Below are positions 38,024 through 47,100 of a stretch of DNA of 64,000 nucleotides, piece by piece. Source of the DNA: an uncultured Candidatus Saccharibacteria bacterium (GTDB lineage Bacteria; Patescibacteriota; Minisyncoccia; UBA6257; WO2-44-18); NCBI GenBank assembly GCA_964637575.1, contig CAZWVU010000003.1:65586-129585 (forward strand). The letters are read 5' to 3'. Within the stretch, counting starts at the first letter, position 1. The number at the start of each line of letters is the position of its first letter. The notes beneath the pieces are model-generated. The model saw nothing but the letters and a program-made list of their open reading frames with translations. It had not been told where the DNA came from and searched no databases. The translations under genes and the position numbers were made by a program.

Positions 38024-39552
38024 AGAATTTCAACCCGGCCGATGGAGTGGAGGAGGGATTGCCCGGTCATTTCGCGGGGTTTTTTGATGCCCATGATATC
38101 CAGGATTGTCGGCGCCACGTCGGCGAGAATGCCGCTCGGTTCACCGGAAATTACCGGCGTCCCATCAGCCTGAGATTCTTTGCTGATGATCAGAAGCATC
38201 ACCGGGTTGGTAGAATGTTCGGTATCGATTTCGCCGGTTCCGGCGTTGATCATCTCTTCGCAGTTGCCATGGTCGTCAGTGATCACCAGGGCCCCGCCCA
38301 TTTCCAGGACTTTCTTTGATATCTTCCCGAGGCATTCATCCACGGTTTCAATCGCTTTGGCGGCGGCTTTGAGATTGCCGGTATGGCCGACCATGTCACC
38401 ATTCGCAAAGTTGATCGCGATGAAGTCGTATTTGTCCTGGTTCAGCCTCTTGAGCACCTCGTCAGTTATCTCATAGGCCGCCATCTCCGGTTTTTTGTCA
38501 TAGCTCGTTACTTTGGGGGAGGGGACGGTTTCGCGGTCTTCGCCGGGAAAAGGCGCTTCGCGTCCGCCGTTGAGAAAATAAGTAACGTGGGCGTACTTTT
38601 CTGTTTCCGCGATATGAAATTGTTTTTTGCCCGCATCGGACACGACTTTCGCAAGCGGTTCGGTGATAAATTGGGGCGGGAACGCGACTTTGGCCTTCTG
38701 GCCTTCGGTATATTGCGTCATGGTAATGACCAGGAGGCCGTCGATTTTTTCCAGCATTTCCGTCAGCTGGCGGGCGCGATCGGGCCGGATATTGAAAAAG
38801 ATGGCGCAGTCGGCGGGCTTCATTGTCGCGACCGGTGCGCCTTTTTTGTCCACCATCACGGTCGGCTCGATCACTTCATCTTCAATGTTATGGGCGTAGG
38901 CGTCGTTCAAAAGCTGCTCGGCGTTTTTCGCGGTCGGTCCTTTGCCGGCGGTAAGCGCGTCCATGAATTTCTGGACGCGATCCCAGTTTTTACTGCGGTC
39001 CATCGGCCAGTAACGGCCGCTTACGCTCGCGATCTCGCCGACGCCATACTGCTTCATCGCCGCTTCAATCTGCCGGAGGAAGGTGGGCGCAGAGCGGTGC
39101 GGCGCGTCTTCGCCGTCGGTGAAAAGATGAAGATACACGCCACCTTTATATTTTTTCAGCGAAAGCATTTTCAGCAGTCCGATGAGATGGTCGAGGTGGG
39201 CGTGGATGCCGGAGTTGGTAAGCAGCCCCATGATATGGATATTCGGCCGTTTCACCGCTTCGTCCCACACGGGAATTTTGAAAAACTCGCCGCTCTGGAT
39301 CGCCAGGCTGACGCGGGGGTAATTCTGGTAGAGGACGGTGCCGGCGCCGATGTTGGTATGGCCGACTTCCGAACTGCCGACTTCGCCCCACGGCACGCCG
39401 ACGTCAATACCCGACGCGCGGAGTTTCGTGCCGAGATAATGCTCGCTGAAATATTTCAGATTTGGTTTTTTCGCGAGCGCCACGGCGTTGCCGTTCGCGT
39501 CATCGGAAAGTCCGGTGCCGTCCAGGATCGCTAAAACAACAGGTTTGGGCAT
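38020..39552 (-). CDS. gpmI: 2,3-bisphosphoglycerate-independent phosphoglycerate mutase
   Basis: N-terminal MPKPVVLAILDGTGL and metalloenzyme-domain motifs. Start at 39552 because the longer ORF overlaps the tRNA. Confidence 0.85.
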   Translation of the reverse strand: MPKPVVLAILDGTGLSDDANGNAVALAKKPNLKYFSEHYLGTKLRASGIDVGVPWGEVGSSEVGHTNIGAGTVLYQNYPRVSLAIQSGEFFKIPVWDEAVKRPNIHIMGLLTNSGIHAHLDHLIGLLKMLSLKKYKGGVYLHLFTDGEDAPHRSAPTFLRQIEAAMKQYGVGEIASVSGRYWPMDRSKNWDRVQKFMDALTAGKGPTAKNAEQLLNDAYAHNIEDEVIEPTVMVDKKGAPVATMKPADCAIFFNIRPDRARQLTEMLEKIDGLLVITMTQYTEGQKAKVAFPPQFITEPLAKVVSDAGKKQFHIAETEKYAHVTYFLNGGREAPFPGEDRETVPSPKVTSYDKKPEMAAYEITDEVLKRLNQDKYDFIAINFANGDMVGHTGNLKAAAKAIETVDECLGKISKKVLEMGGALVITDDHGNCEEMINAGTGEIDTEHSTNPVMLLIISKESQADGTPVISGEPSGILADVAPTILDIMGIKKPREMTGQSLLHSIGRVEIL

Positions 39553-39567
39553 TCCACTATTATACTG

Positions 39568-39649
39568 TGCCGAGGGTGGGATTTGAACCCACACGCCTTG
39601 CGGCGCCAGCTCCTAAAGCTGGTGCGTCTGCCAATTCCGCCACCTCGGC
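39568..39649 (-). tRNA. tRNA-Leu (anticodon TAG)
   Basis: Acceptor stem GCCGAGG/CCTCGGC, anticodon loop TTTAGGA, long variable arm, T-loop GGTTCAAATCC. Confidence 0.8.
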
Positions 39650-39894
39650 ATTTTAAACAGCTCGGCTTCGCCTCGATCAAAAAACTGTCGAGGTGTCGGC
39701 CCTGGGCGCTTTTGCGCCCGCTTTCGTTTCGCTCAAGCCCACGAGAGCATACCATCAAGCCCGCTCGAGCGGGCTATCCAGAGGATATCCACAAGTCATT
39801 CACAAAATCGGGAAGCTCCTGAATGACCGGATGATACTATTATACGTAGCTCTTCGCAATAATTCGACAGGCTCATTACGAGAGGAGGAAGAAC

Positions 39895-40395
39895 GTGAAA
39901 TCGAATATTTCAGAAATAATCGAAGGCCAGCGGAGCCGGGAGACGCGACTGGCAGGTATAGTGTTCAAGTATTGCCCGGACCTGGTGCTTCATTCGCGGG
40001 TCGGGAGGGGACAGGCGCGAACCTTCGTGCCGCGGTTGAGATTCGATCGTTCGCGGCGGTTCGGCTGGTTTTTCCGGCTTTTCACCGGGCGCATCTCCAG
40101 TCCCGCCCTCGCGATTACGGGAAACATCCGTTCAGCGTTGGACATGAGCCGGGAATGGATTCCCATCGAAATTCACTGCTACGACATGGGATTTCTGAAT
40201 TCCGTGCTGTGCGTTGTGGTTGCCTATCGGAATGAAACCGGCTGTCCCGCGCGCGTAATCGAGGAACCGCTGGCGGATGATTCGCGCTGGAAGCCGGCGA
40301 TCCGCGTCCTGCTCGCCATCGCCGCGATGAGCGCGATCCTGATCGGCGTGAGACTCCTTTCCATGTCGTTCTTCAAAAATCTTTTCAGCTTCTGA
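39895..40395 (+). CDS. Hypothetical protein (166 aa), C-terminal TM helix
   Basis: GTG start with an AGGAGG Shine-Dalgarno 7 nt upstream. Followed by a terminator. Confidence 0.4.
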   Translation: MKSNISEIIEGQRSRETRLAGIVFKYCPDLVLHSRVGRGQARTFVPRLRFDRSRRFGWFFRLFTGRISSPALAITGNIRSALDMSREWIPIEIHCYDMGFLNSVLCVVVAYRNETGCPARVIEEPLADDSRWKPAIRVLLAIAAMSAILIGVRLLSMSFFKNLFSF

Positions 40396-40424
40396 TCCCG
40401 CTCCTTGACGAGCGGGATTTTTTG
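40395..40424 (+). terminator. Rho-independent terminator
   Basis: atcccgctc / gagcgggat stem followed by a T-run. Confidence 0.65.
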
Positions 40425-40468
40425 TGTTAATTTATTCACAGTTTTTTGAAGAGAAATGGAGGAGGCGA

Positions 40469-41467
40469 ATGAGAAGATTTGCGCGAAGAGCGTTGACCGG
40501 GTTCGCGCGGCTGTTGGCGGCAGGAGTGGTGTGCGGAGGAAGCAGTGCGCTCGTGTGGGCGACATGGCGCTGTTCCGGCATTCCCGGCCTGGCGGGTGCC
40601 GCGATTCTGATCGCGGTGCTTGTCCTGAAGCCGGCGTACCGGAATATTCCGACGCTGCAGATCGGCATGACGACGTTTCTCGGCATGAGGACCGGGCGCG
40701 TTCTGCCCGAAGGGCCGGCGCTGGTGATTCCCTGGCTTGAGAAAGTCTGGCTGTTTGATTACGAGGTGCACGTCGCGCGGGCGGAGGCGAAGGTCTACTG
40801 CAAAGACGGCATCGCGCTGGTCGCAGGCGGGCTTCTGAGCTGGCAGATCGATCCGGATCTGCTGTCCACGAGCTTCGTACTCAACAGGGAAAAAATCGAG
40901 AGCGAACTCGTGAACGCGGCGCGGAGCGAGCTCGGCATGATCGCCAGCGTGTACGGCGCCCTGGAACTGAAAGATTCCTGGGAGGCGGTGGCCAATCTCA
41001 TCAACTGTTCGTTGCGGATGGGAACGCCGCCGCACATCGCGGAGAGCATCCCGCCGGCGCGCCGGCTCGACTTCTACGGCAGCATTCCGTTCCGGAACCG
41101 GCTGGAGCGCGAGCCGCGGCTGGACGAGGAGCGGTCGGAAATCGAGAACCGTTGCGGCGTGCGCATCATCTGTTTCACGCCGGAGCCGCCGGAATTTACC
41201 GAGGGCACGGGCGAGGCGCTGGAGAGCGAGGGCCGGGCGATTCTCAAATCGAAAGCGGATCGCGTCGCGGCGGCGACCAAACTTGAGATCACCAGAAAGG
41301 CGAAGGAGGAAGGGTTGCCGCCGAAAGAGGCGAGCGTCTCCGCCGAGCTGACGATGGGCCAGCGGGTGGAGCGGAAGATCCATGACCTCGGCGGACTGGA
41401 GCGGCTGCGGCCGTTCCTGCCGCCGGAATCGCGTACCTATGGAGGAGCCATATGTCTAAGAAACTGA
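40469..41467 (+). CDS. SPFH/band-7 (stomatin/flotillin-like) domain membrane protein, paralogue 1
   Basis: N-terminal TM helix. SPFH-like core (RVLPEGPALVIPWLEKVWLFDYEVHV...KDGIALVAGGLLSWQIDP...). GGAGGAGG Shine-Dalgarno before the ATG at 40469. Confidence 0.6.
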   Translation: MRRFARRALTGFARLLAAGVVCGGSSALVWATWRCSGIPGLAGAAILIAVLVLKPAYRNIPTLQIGMTTFLGMRTGRVLPEGPALVIPWLEKVWLFDYEVHVARAEAKVYCKDGIALVAGGLLSWQIDPDLLSTSFVLNREKIESELVNAARSELGMIASVYGALELKDSWEAVANLINCSLRMGTPPHIAESIPPARRLDFYGSIPFRNRLEREPRLDEERSEIENRCGVRIICFTPEPPEFTEGTGEALESEGRAILKSKADRVAAATKLEITRKAKEEGLPPKEASVSAELTMGQRVERKIHDLGGLERLRPFLPPESRTYGGAICLRN

Positions 41468-41973
41468 CGGCGGTACTGATGATTGTCGCGTCACTTCTGA
41501 TCACCGGCGGATTTCTCTGGAAGTCCGGCACACTGCAGGCGACCGCGAAATCGATGGCCGAACGCCATCGGGAGGATCAGGCGCGTCAGCGAGCGGCGGC
41601 GGATGCCGAGTGTGCGCGCAAGAATCAGGCGGAAGCCTGGCAGAAGCGATGCGAACAGCTGCGGCATCTGCCGGTGGACGGCCGGGCCGCGATCTCGTTC
41701 CACGGTCTGCAGAAGACACTGGAGTGCGAGCTCCGGCCCGACCGGTGGTCGCGGGAGATCCGGCTTCCGGAGAAGTATGTCAGCTGGACGATCAACGTTT
41801 CTCCCGAAGACGGCCATCTGCTCTGGTTTGACGGCGAGGCCGAACCAGTGGAGCTGAACAAGGACGATCCACCGAGGAATCTCGGCCCGCGTCCCGGAAG
41901 CTTCCGGATTCTCGGAAAGACGGCCGGTCAGAAAGCCAAGATTACGTTTGAAGCGCAAAAGCCCCCTTTTTAG
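41452..41973 (+). CDS. Signal-anchored partner protein (novel family), paralogue 1
   Basis: Overlaps the SPFH gene by 16 nt. N-terminal TM helix. C-terminal domain ends in GSFRILGKTAGQKAKITF and is homologous to 43372-43914. Confidence 0.5.
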   Translation: MSKKLTAVLMIVASLLITGGFLWKSGTLQATAKSMAERHREDQARQRAAADAECARKNQAEAWQKRCEQLRHLPVDGRAAISFHGLQKTLECELRPDRWSREIRLPEKYVSWTINVSPEDGHLLWFDGEAEPVELNKDDPPRNLGPRPGSFRILGKTAGQKAKITFEAQKPPF

Positions 41974-41985
41974 GGGGCTTTTCTT
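41958..41985 (+). terminator. Rho-independent terminator
   Basis: gccccc / gggggc stem followed by ttttctt. Confidence 0.6.
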
Positions 41986-41999
41986 ATACACGGCCATAC

Positions 42000-42029
42000 T
42001 TGACAAAATGAGCTTATTTGTTCTATTAT
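42000..42029 (+). promoter_or_regulatory. Sigma70-like promoter (TTGACA-N18-TATTAT)
   Basis: Consensus -35 hexamer and a near-consensus -10 hexamer upstream of the second SPFH module. Confidence 0.35.
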
Positions 42030-42078
42030 ATTGGCAGTCGTTTGATAGTCTTTTTTAAAGAAAAAATAGGAGGAATGT

Positions 42079-43362
42079 GTGAGTCTGATGGCGATGATTG
42101 GCGCGGGCGCAGGAGTTCTGCTGCTCGCAGCGCTGTTGTTCCAGTTCCGGCGGAAGATTGTCCGGCTTTGGAAGCTGACGCTTTCGCTGGTGATGGTTCC
42201 CGTGGTGTTTACCGCGGTGGTGCTCATTGCGAAGTTCCGCGAACCGCTCAGCGCGTTCGCGGGCAGGGTGCTCGGCCGGATTGCCGGCGCCTGGTCCCTT
42301 TCGTGGGCGTTCGCGGCGGTTGTGCTCGCGCTTGCCTCGGTGGCGACGGCGGTGGCGATCTCGTCCAGTGACGAGAAGGAAGATATGCCGCCTCCAAAGT
42401 TTTCCCGGGTGCCGGCGCTTTGCTGGATCGGCGCGATTCTCTGCGCGATGGTGGCCTACCTGCCGAAGTTCGGCGAAGCGCCGTGGTTGATTTCCGCCAT
42501 GATGGCGCTCGCAGTGCTCTGGCTGATCGCCAGCTGTGTCATGATCGTTCCGCGGTATCACGCGGGCGTCGTGGCGATGGGCGACCGGCCGGTGCGGTCG
42601 GTCAGTTCCGGATGGACGCTGGTCTACCGTCCCCTCGGACTCACGGTCGAAGAGGTGGTCGAAGTGCACGAAGTGCGCACGACTTCCATCAACGACGTGA
42701 TAATCCAGGTGGAGGTGGGCGGTGTCGCGACGCCGGGAACCGAAAAAGAGCCCCTGAATCTCGAGATGACGCTGGAGTACAAGCCCAACGCGGTGAAGTA
42801 CATCCAGTTTCAGAGCGTGAAGCAGGAGAAGCTCGAGCAGATTCTCATCGATCACCTGGAAGGGTTCGCCACCGACGAGTTCAAAAGAGTGGTGAGCATC
42901 CAGGAGGCGTACGACAAGCTGGAAGAGATCGAGACCAAAATTCTTGATCTGTTCCACGGGATCCAGGATACCTACGGAGTGCTGGTGCGGAGCATCACGA
43001 TTGATGACGCGGCGCCGGATCCGAAGGTCATCCAGGCCAAGATCGAACGCCAGAAGAAGCTGAACGATGCGAAGCTGGATGTGGAAATCCAGGCCGAGAT
43101 CAACAAGAAGCGTCAGAAGGAGATGGCCAAGATCCATCAACTGGCGCTCAAGATGATCAAGGAGTGCGAAGCCGCCGGCCAGAAGCTTTCATATAAGGAA
43201 GCGGTGGCCCGCGTCCAGGTGCAGTTCGGGATCGTCAAAGAGTCCAAGAACACGATCGATTTCGGTCCCGGCATCCAGGGCGCCATCGGCGAAGTGATTC
43301 CGTTGTTCTCCCGTGATCGCGGTCCTGAAAAGGATCCGATGGGTTTCGGAAAGAAATCGTAA
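42079..43362 (+). CDS. SPFH/band-7-like domain membrane protein with a coiled-coil C-terminus, paralogue 2
   Basis: Several N-terminal TM helices. SPFH-like region (VVAMGDRPVRSVSSGWTLVYRPLGLTVEEV...). Lys/Glu-rich coiled coil. AGGAGG Shine-Dalgarno. Confidence 0.55.
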   Translation: MSLMAMIGAGAGVLLLAALLFQFRRKIVRLWKLTLSLVMVPVVFTAVVLIAKFREPLSAFAGRVLGRIAGAWSLSWAFAAVVLALASVATAVAISSSDEKEDMPPPKFSRVPALCWIGAILCAMVAYLPKFGEAPWLISAMMALAVLWLIASCVMIVPRYHAGVVAMGDRPVRSVSSGWTLVYRPLGLTVEEVVEVHEVRTTSINDVIIQVEVGGVATPGTEKEPLNLEMTLEYKPNAVKYIQFQSVKQEKLEQILIDHLEGFATDEFKRVVSIQEAYDKLEEIETKILDLFHGIQDTYGVLVRSITIDDAAPDPKVIQAKIERQKKLNDAKLDVEIQAEINKKRQKEMAKIHQLALKMIKECEAAGQKLSYKEAVARVQVQFGIVKESKNTIDFGPGIQGAIGEVIPLFSRDRGPEKDPMGFGKKS

Positions 43363-43371
43363 GGAGGAACT

Positions 43372-43914
43372 ATGGCAGATGCGAAAGGCGGAAAGGCCAC
43401 CGCCAAGAAGTTGGCCGGCAAGAACAAGTTCGTCACGTTCATCGCGCTCGCGTTCCTGCTGATCGGGGTCATGTACTTCAACTTCGGCAAGACTCCCGCC
43501 GATATTCTCGGCGGGAGTTCGAAGCCGGGTTCGGGAAGCTTCACGACGCCGAACAGCCGCTCGAGCCAGCAGGTGGGTGACCGCACGGATTTCGTGCGGT
43601 CCCTGCCCGACAGCGGCAAGCCCGTCGTTCGTTTCAGCGGCGAGAAGCAGGTGGTGGTGGATCTGAAGACCGATGAATGGTCGCAACAGGTCATCATCCC
43701 CGTTTCTCCAACAAAATACGTCGATTGTAGAATCGACGTAGATCCTCCGACTGGCTATTTCGTGAAGTTTCAGGATGGCCAAGTCGATCTGGTAACTGCA
43801 GACCAAAGAGAGTTCGTTGATCATGGAATGAAGAGGGGAATTTTCCGAATTCTCGGAACCTCTTCAGGACAAAAGGCAACGATCACTGTTTTTTTTCGAT
43901 CTGTGGCCAAGTAA
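43372..43914 (+). CDS. Signal-anchored partner protein (novel family), paralogue 2
   Basis: AAGGAGG Shine-Dalgarno. N-terminal TM helix. C-terminus ends in GIFRILGTSSGQKATITVF and aligns with paralogue 1 over about 90 aa. Confidence 0.5.
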   Translation: MADAKGGKATAKKLAGKNKFVTFIALAFLLIGVMYFNFGKTPADILGGSSKPGSGSFTTPNSRSSQQVGDRTDFVRSLPDSGKPVVRFSGEKQVVVDLKTDEWSQQVIIPVSPTKYVDCRIDVDPPTGYFVKFQDGQVDLVTADQREFVDHGMKRGIFRILGTSSGQKATITVFFRSVAK

Positions 43915-43916
43915 CC

Positions 43917-43958
43917 AAAACCCCCAGAAGCAATGCTTCTGGGGGTTTATTATTTTAC
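43917..43958. terminator. Bidirectional terminator
   Basis: 11-bp stem cccccagaagc / gcttctggggg, with an A-run before and a T-run after. Confidence 0.6.
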
Positions 43959-44020
43959 GTTAGCGCGAAGGTAAGATTGCCGCGTCACTTCGTTCCTCGC
44001 AATGATAGCACTATTGCGTC

Positions 44021-44365
44021 CTACCGTGCTCCGACAATCGCGCCGGCAACGGCCACGATCAACTGCGCGAGAAGCGCCACGCCTACGCCGATCACGGCAT
44101 AGATAATGGTATTTTTCGCGGTCTGGACTTTGTCTTCGTTGCCTGCCGCAGTCATATAGTTCCACCCGGCATAGATCACCATTACCGCGGCGATCACGAT
44201 GATCGCGGTCAGGAAGTAGTTGGCAATCGTCCGGATAATGCCGAACAGCTGGTCAATCGGGTTGCCACGCACCGCTACCGGGGCCGGGACTGTCTGGGCG
44301 CCCGCGAGGAGCGGCAGCAGCGCCACTGTCACTACTCCCGCGATTCCGAAAATCTTTTTTGTCAT
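44021..44365 (-). CDS. Secreted two-helix hairpin small protein, paralogue 1 (VirB2/TrbC-pilin-like architecture)
   Basis: Signal peptide ending LLAGA|QT. Two hydrophobic helices separated by AGNEDK. Start uncertain. Confidence 0.45.
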   Translation of the reverse strand: MTKKIFGIAGVVTVALLPLLAGAQTVPAPVAVRGNPIDQLFGIIRTIANYFLTAIIVIAAVMVIYAGWNYMTAAGNEDKVQTAKNTIIYAVIGVGVALLAQLIVAVAGAIVGAR

Positions 44366-44481
44366 ATTAGTAAAGCTGGTTTCATCTCGACCTTGAACAC
44401 TTTCCATTATAGCATCCCGCACATAAAAGCAACTCTTTCGCTTTTCCACACGGCTTTAACCAGGTATGTACGGGACAAGAA

Positions 44482-44838
44482 TTAAAGCTGGACTCCCACA
44501 ATTTGTCCCACAATCGCGATGATCACCTTGAAAAGAAGCATCACGCCGAGACCGATGACTACATAGAGGATGATCCGCTTGCCCTGCGAGACCTTATCCT
44601 CGCTTCCCGCGGAGGTAATGATGAGAAACGCCGCGTAGATAATCATCACCGTGCCGATGAGAATGGACGCCTCCAAGAGAAATCCCGCGATGGCGTTGAT
44701 AACCTGAATAAGCGTTTTATTGGTTTTGAGAGGATTAGGGAGAGTTGTATTTGGAGGTTGAGTAAAGCCACTGCTTTGAGCATGTGCCAAGAACGGCAGT
44801 AAAGTGGTTAAATAAATCGCTGAAATTATTTTTTTCAT
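44482..44838 (-). CDS. Secreted two-helix hairpin small protein, paralogue 2
   Basis: Signal peptide FLAHA|QS. Conserved IYAAFLIITSAGSEDK core. Confidence 0.5.
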   Translation of the reverse strand: MKKIISAIYLTTLLPFLAHAQSSGFTQPPNTTLPNPLKTNKTLIQVINAIAGFLLEASILIGTVMIIYAAFLIITSAGSEDKVSQGKRIILYVVIGLGVMLLFKVIIAIVGQIVGVQL

Positions 44839-44839
44839 A

Positions 44840-45235
44840 TTAGAAAATTGATCCTTTGGTGAAGAAGTTGAGGACGGTGTTGACGATCAGGTAGGAGCCG
44901 AAGGCGATGGCGACGCCGATGACGACGGCGGTGATGATCTGCTTGCCTTTCGCGAATTTATCTTCGTTTCCGGCTGCTGTCAGTATAACAAATCCGCCGT
45001 AGGCGATGAAAAGCGCCGCCAGCGGGACGACGATGTACACCATAAAGTTGATGATCTGCTTGATGAACTCCACGGCGGCGTTGAGATTGCACGATCCCGG
45101 CTGTCCCGGCGGCAGGGAGGGATTACATTTCGGGGCGAGATTCTGAGCCATGGCCGGAACGGCCAAACTAAAAAGTAAAAATGAAAAAGTAAAAACGATA
45201 GTTTCAATTTTTAAATTTAATTTATAATTTTTCAT
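44840..45235 (-). CDS. Secreted two-helix hairpin small protein, paralogue 3
   Basis: Signal peptide VPAMA|QN. Conserved IAYGGFVILTAAGNEDK core. Start abuts the stop of the solute-binding protein gene. Confidence 0.5.
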   Translation of the reverse strand: MKNYKLNLKIETIVFTFSFLLFSLAVPAMAQNLAPKCNPSLPPGQPGSCNLNAAVEFIKQIINFMVYIVVPLAALFIAYGGFVILTAAGNEDKFAKGKQIITAVVIGVAIAFGSYLIVNTVLNFFTKGSIF

Positions 45236-46522
45236 TTAACGGCTTCGCCGCTGCATCAGGTCGGTGACCTTGCTGGCGGCTTCGGAGAGCGCGCGGTCAA
45301 TCTGCAGGCGGCCGCCGTTCACATCGGCGATCATCTGGGAGAAGATGCTGTCCACCGCGGCGTTATCAATTTCCGGCCAGGAGCGGGCGGTGAGCGCCTG
45401 TTTGGCGAAGATGCCGAGATCCGGCTGGGTGGAAATATATTCATCAATCAGCGCGCGGAGCGCCGGCGGGCGGCCGGAAAGCTGAAGATATTTACGCGAA
45501 GCGTCCGGGTTGGCGCCGAGGAACGTCACGAAATCCTGGGCGAGCGGCTGATTCTGGGTCTTATTGGAGACGGCGATACCCCAGTAGTTGGCGAAATTCA
45601 CCGGCGAGGTCGCCTCTACCGGCTGGAGCATCGGCGCCACGCGGAATTTCAGGAACGGGCTCTTGTCTTTCAGGAACTGGATCTTGTCCGAATAGTTGAA
45701 CATGATCGCGTCCTGGCCGGCGGCGAAATCATCCAGCGAGAAGGGAAGCGAGTCGTTCCAGGTATACGAAGAGTCGCGGCCGGAGGCGAACTTCGTGTAG
45801 TAGGCGAGCGCCTGCTGGCCTTCCGCCGAGGCGAAGGTGGCGTTTTTGAAATCACTGTCGGTCATCTGCGTGCCGGCCTGCAGCATCACCAGACTCAAAA
45901 GATCGGTCGCGTGATCAATGCTCTTGTCGGAGCCGCCGACCGCCGCCGCGGCCTTGGTGATCCGCCCAGCTTTGTCAATTTCGCGGATGCGGGGGATGAT
46001 CTTTTCCAGATCGGCCCAGGTTTTTGGCGGCAGGGAGATGCCTTTCGCGTCAAAGATATCCTGGTTGTAGTACAACGCGAGCGTATCAAGATAGAGCGGA
46101 TAGGTCCAGACGGCGTTGTCCGGCGCGAAATCCTGCTGGACGATGGTGGGGAAGAGCGACTTGAAATTGGCGAGTGCCGAGGCGTCGGTGCCGAGCGGCA
46201 GGATCTTATTGGAGTGCTTCGGCAGCCAGGTGTTGTGGAACATCAGCACGTCCGGGCCGGTATTGCCGGCAAGCGCGTCCACCAGCTGCTGTTCGTACGT
46301 ACCCGGGTCCATCTGGACGTAGGAGATATCAATTTTGGACTTCGGATACTGCGCTTTGTACATATCTATGAGCGGCTGGATGACGGCGCTGTCGTCCACG
46401 CCCCAGAACTTGATCTCGCCCGACACCTGCGTGGATGACTTCTGCGTGCCAAACAAAAATACGGCGATAATTCCGCCGATGACGAGCAGTGCGAGGATGA
46501 TGATAACAACCCGGGGTTTCAT
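45236..46522 (-). CDS. Extracellular solute-binding protein (ABC-type, family 1, sugar-like), membrane-anchored
   Basis: N-terminal anchor. Size and sequence resemble MalE-like substrate-binding proteins. No permease or ATPase genes nearby. Confidence 0.65.
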   Translation of the reverse strand: MKPRVVIIILALLVIGGIIAVFLFGTQKSSTQVSGEIKFWGVDDSAVIQPLIDMYKAQYPKSKIDISYVQMDPGTYEQQLVDALAGNTGPDVLMFHNTWLPKHSNKILPLGTDASALANFKSLFPTIVQQDFAPDNAVWTYPLYLDTLALYYNQDIFDAKGISLPPKTWADLEKIIPRIREIDKAGRITKAAAAVGGSDKSIDHATDLLSLVMLQAGTQMTDSDFKNATFASAEGQQALAYYTKFASGRDSSYTWNDSLPFSLDDFAAGQDAIMFNYSDKIQFLKDKSPFLKFRVAPMLQPVEATSPVNFANYWGIAVSNKTQNQPLAQDFVTFLGANPDASRKYLQLSGRPPALRALIDEYISTQPDLGIFAKQALTARSWPEIDNAAVDSIFSQMIADVNGGRLQIDRALSEAASKVTDLMQRRSR

Positions 46523-46581
46523 TACTAATTATTTTAGCATATCGGTATTTGTGATCGTTGATCTGGTATACTTTATCCAAG

Positions 46582-47100
46582 ATGTCAAAATCACACTCCT
46601 TCAAAGTAATTCTGGGCGGGGCGGTCGTGGTGCTGCTGGCCGGGTATCTCCTATTTTCCGGCAAGGAGGTCAGCGGCGCCGCTACCTATACGAATCTGGA
46701 ACAGAGATACGCCATACAGTATCCGAAGTCCTGGTCCGTGGACGCGTCCAAAAATCTGGAATCGCCGAGCCAGGTCTACTTCATTTCTCCCGAGAAAAAG
46801 TCCGCGCTGAACAGCAACCTCGCGGGCGACCTATTTCCCTACGATGTCGCGGTGATCGCCTGGAGCACTAAGCAATCGCTTCAGGAGTTTCTCAAGCCTC
46901 AAACGGAGAGTCCTGACGCGGCGGATGTGCGCACAATTTCCATCAACGGCCTGGACGGCTACGAAAGCACGAGCGGCGCCAATCACGCTTTTTATTTCAA
47001 GCGCGGCAATATGATCTTCCAGATTGATATGGCCTCTGACAATTTTACCTTCCCCGAGCAGCGTCTTCAGATCGCCCAGAGTTTCACGTTTACAAAGTAA
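46582..47100 (+). CDS. Membrane-anchored hypothetical protein
   Basis: N-terminal TM helix followed by a beta-rich extracellular domain. Start uncertain (TTG at 46558 or ATG at 46582). Confidence 0.4.
   Translation: MSKSHSFKVILGGAVVVLLAGYLLFSGKEVSGAATYTNLEQRYAIQYPKSWSVDASKNLESPSQVYFISPEKKSALNSNLAGDLFPYDVAVIAWSTKQSLQEFLKPQTESPDAADVRTISINGLDGYESTSGANHAFYFKRGNMIFQIDMASDNFTFPEQRLQIAQSFTFTK

Noticed and set aside
39650-43960. GC-rich segment considered as a prophage or integrative element
   Set aside because: No phage structural, terminase, integrase or excisionase genes lie within it. The tRNA is abutted at its 5' end, not its 3' end, and no tRNA-derived direct repeat was found at the far boundary. 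It is therefore described only as a compositional segment.
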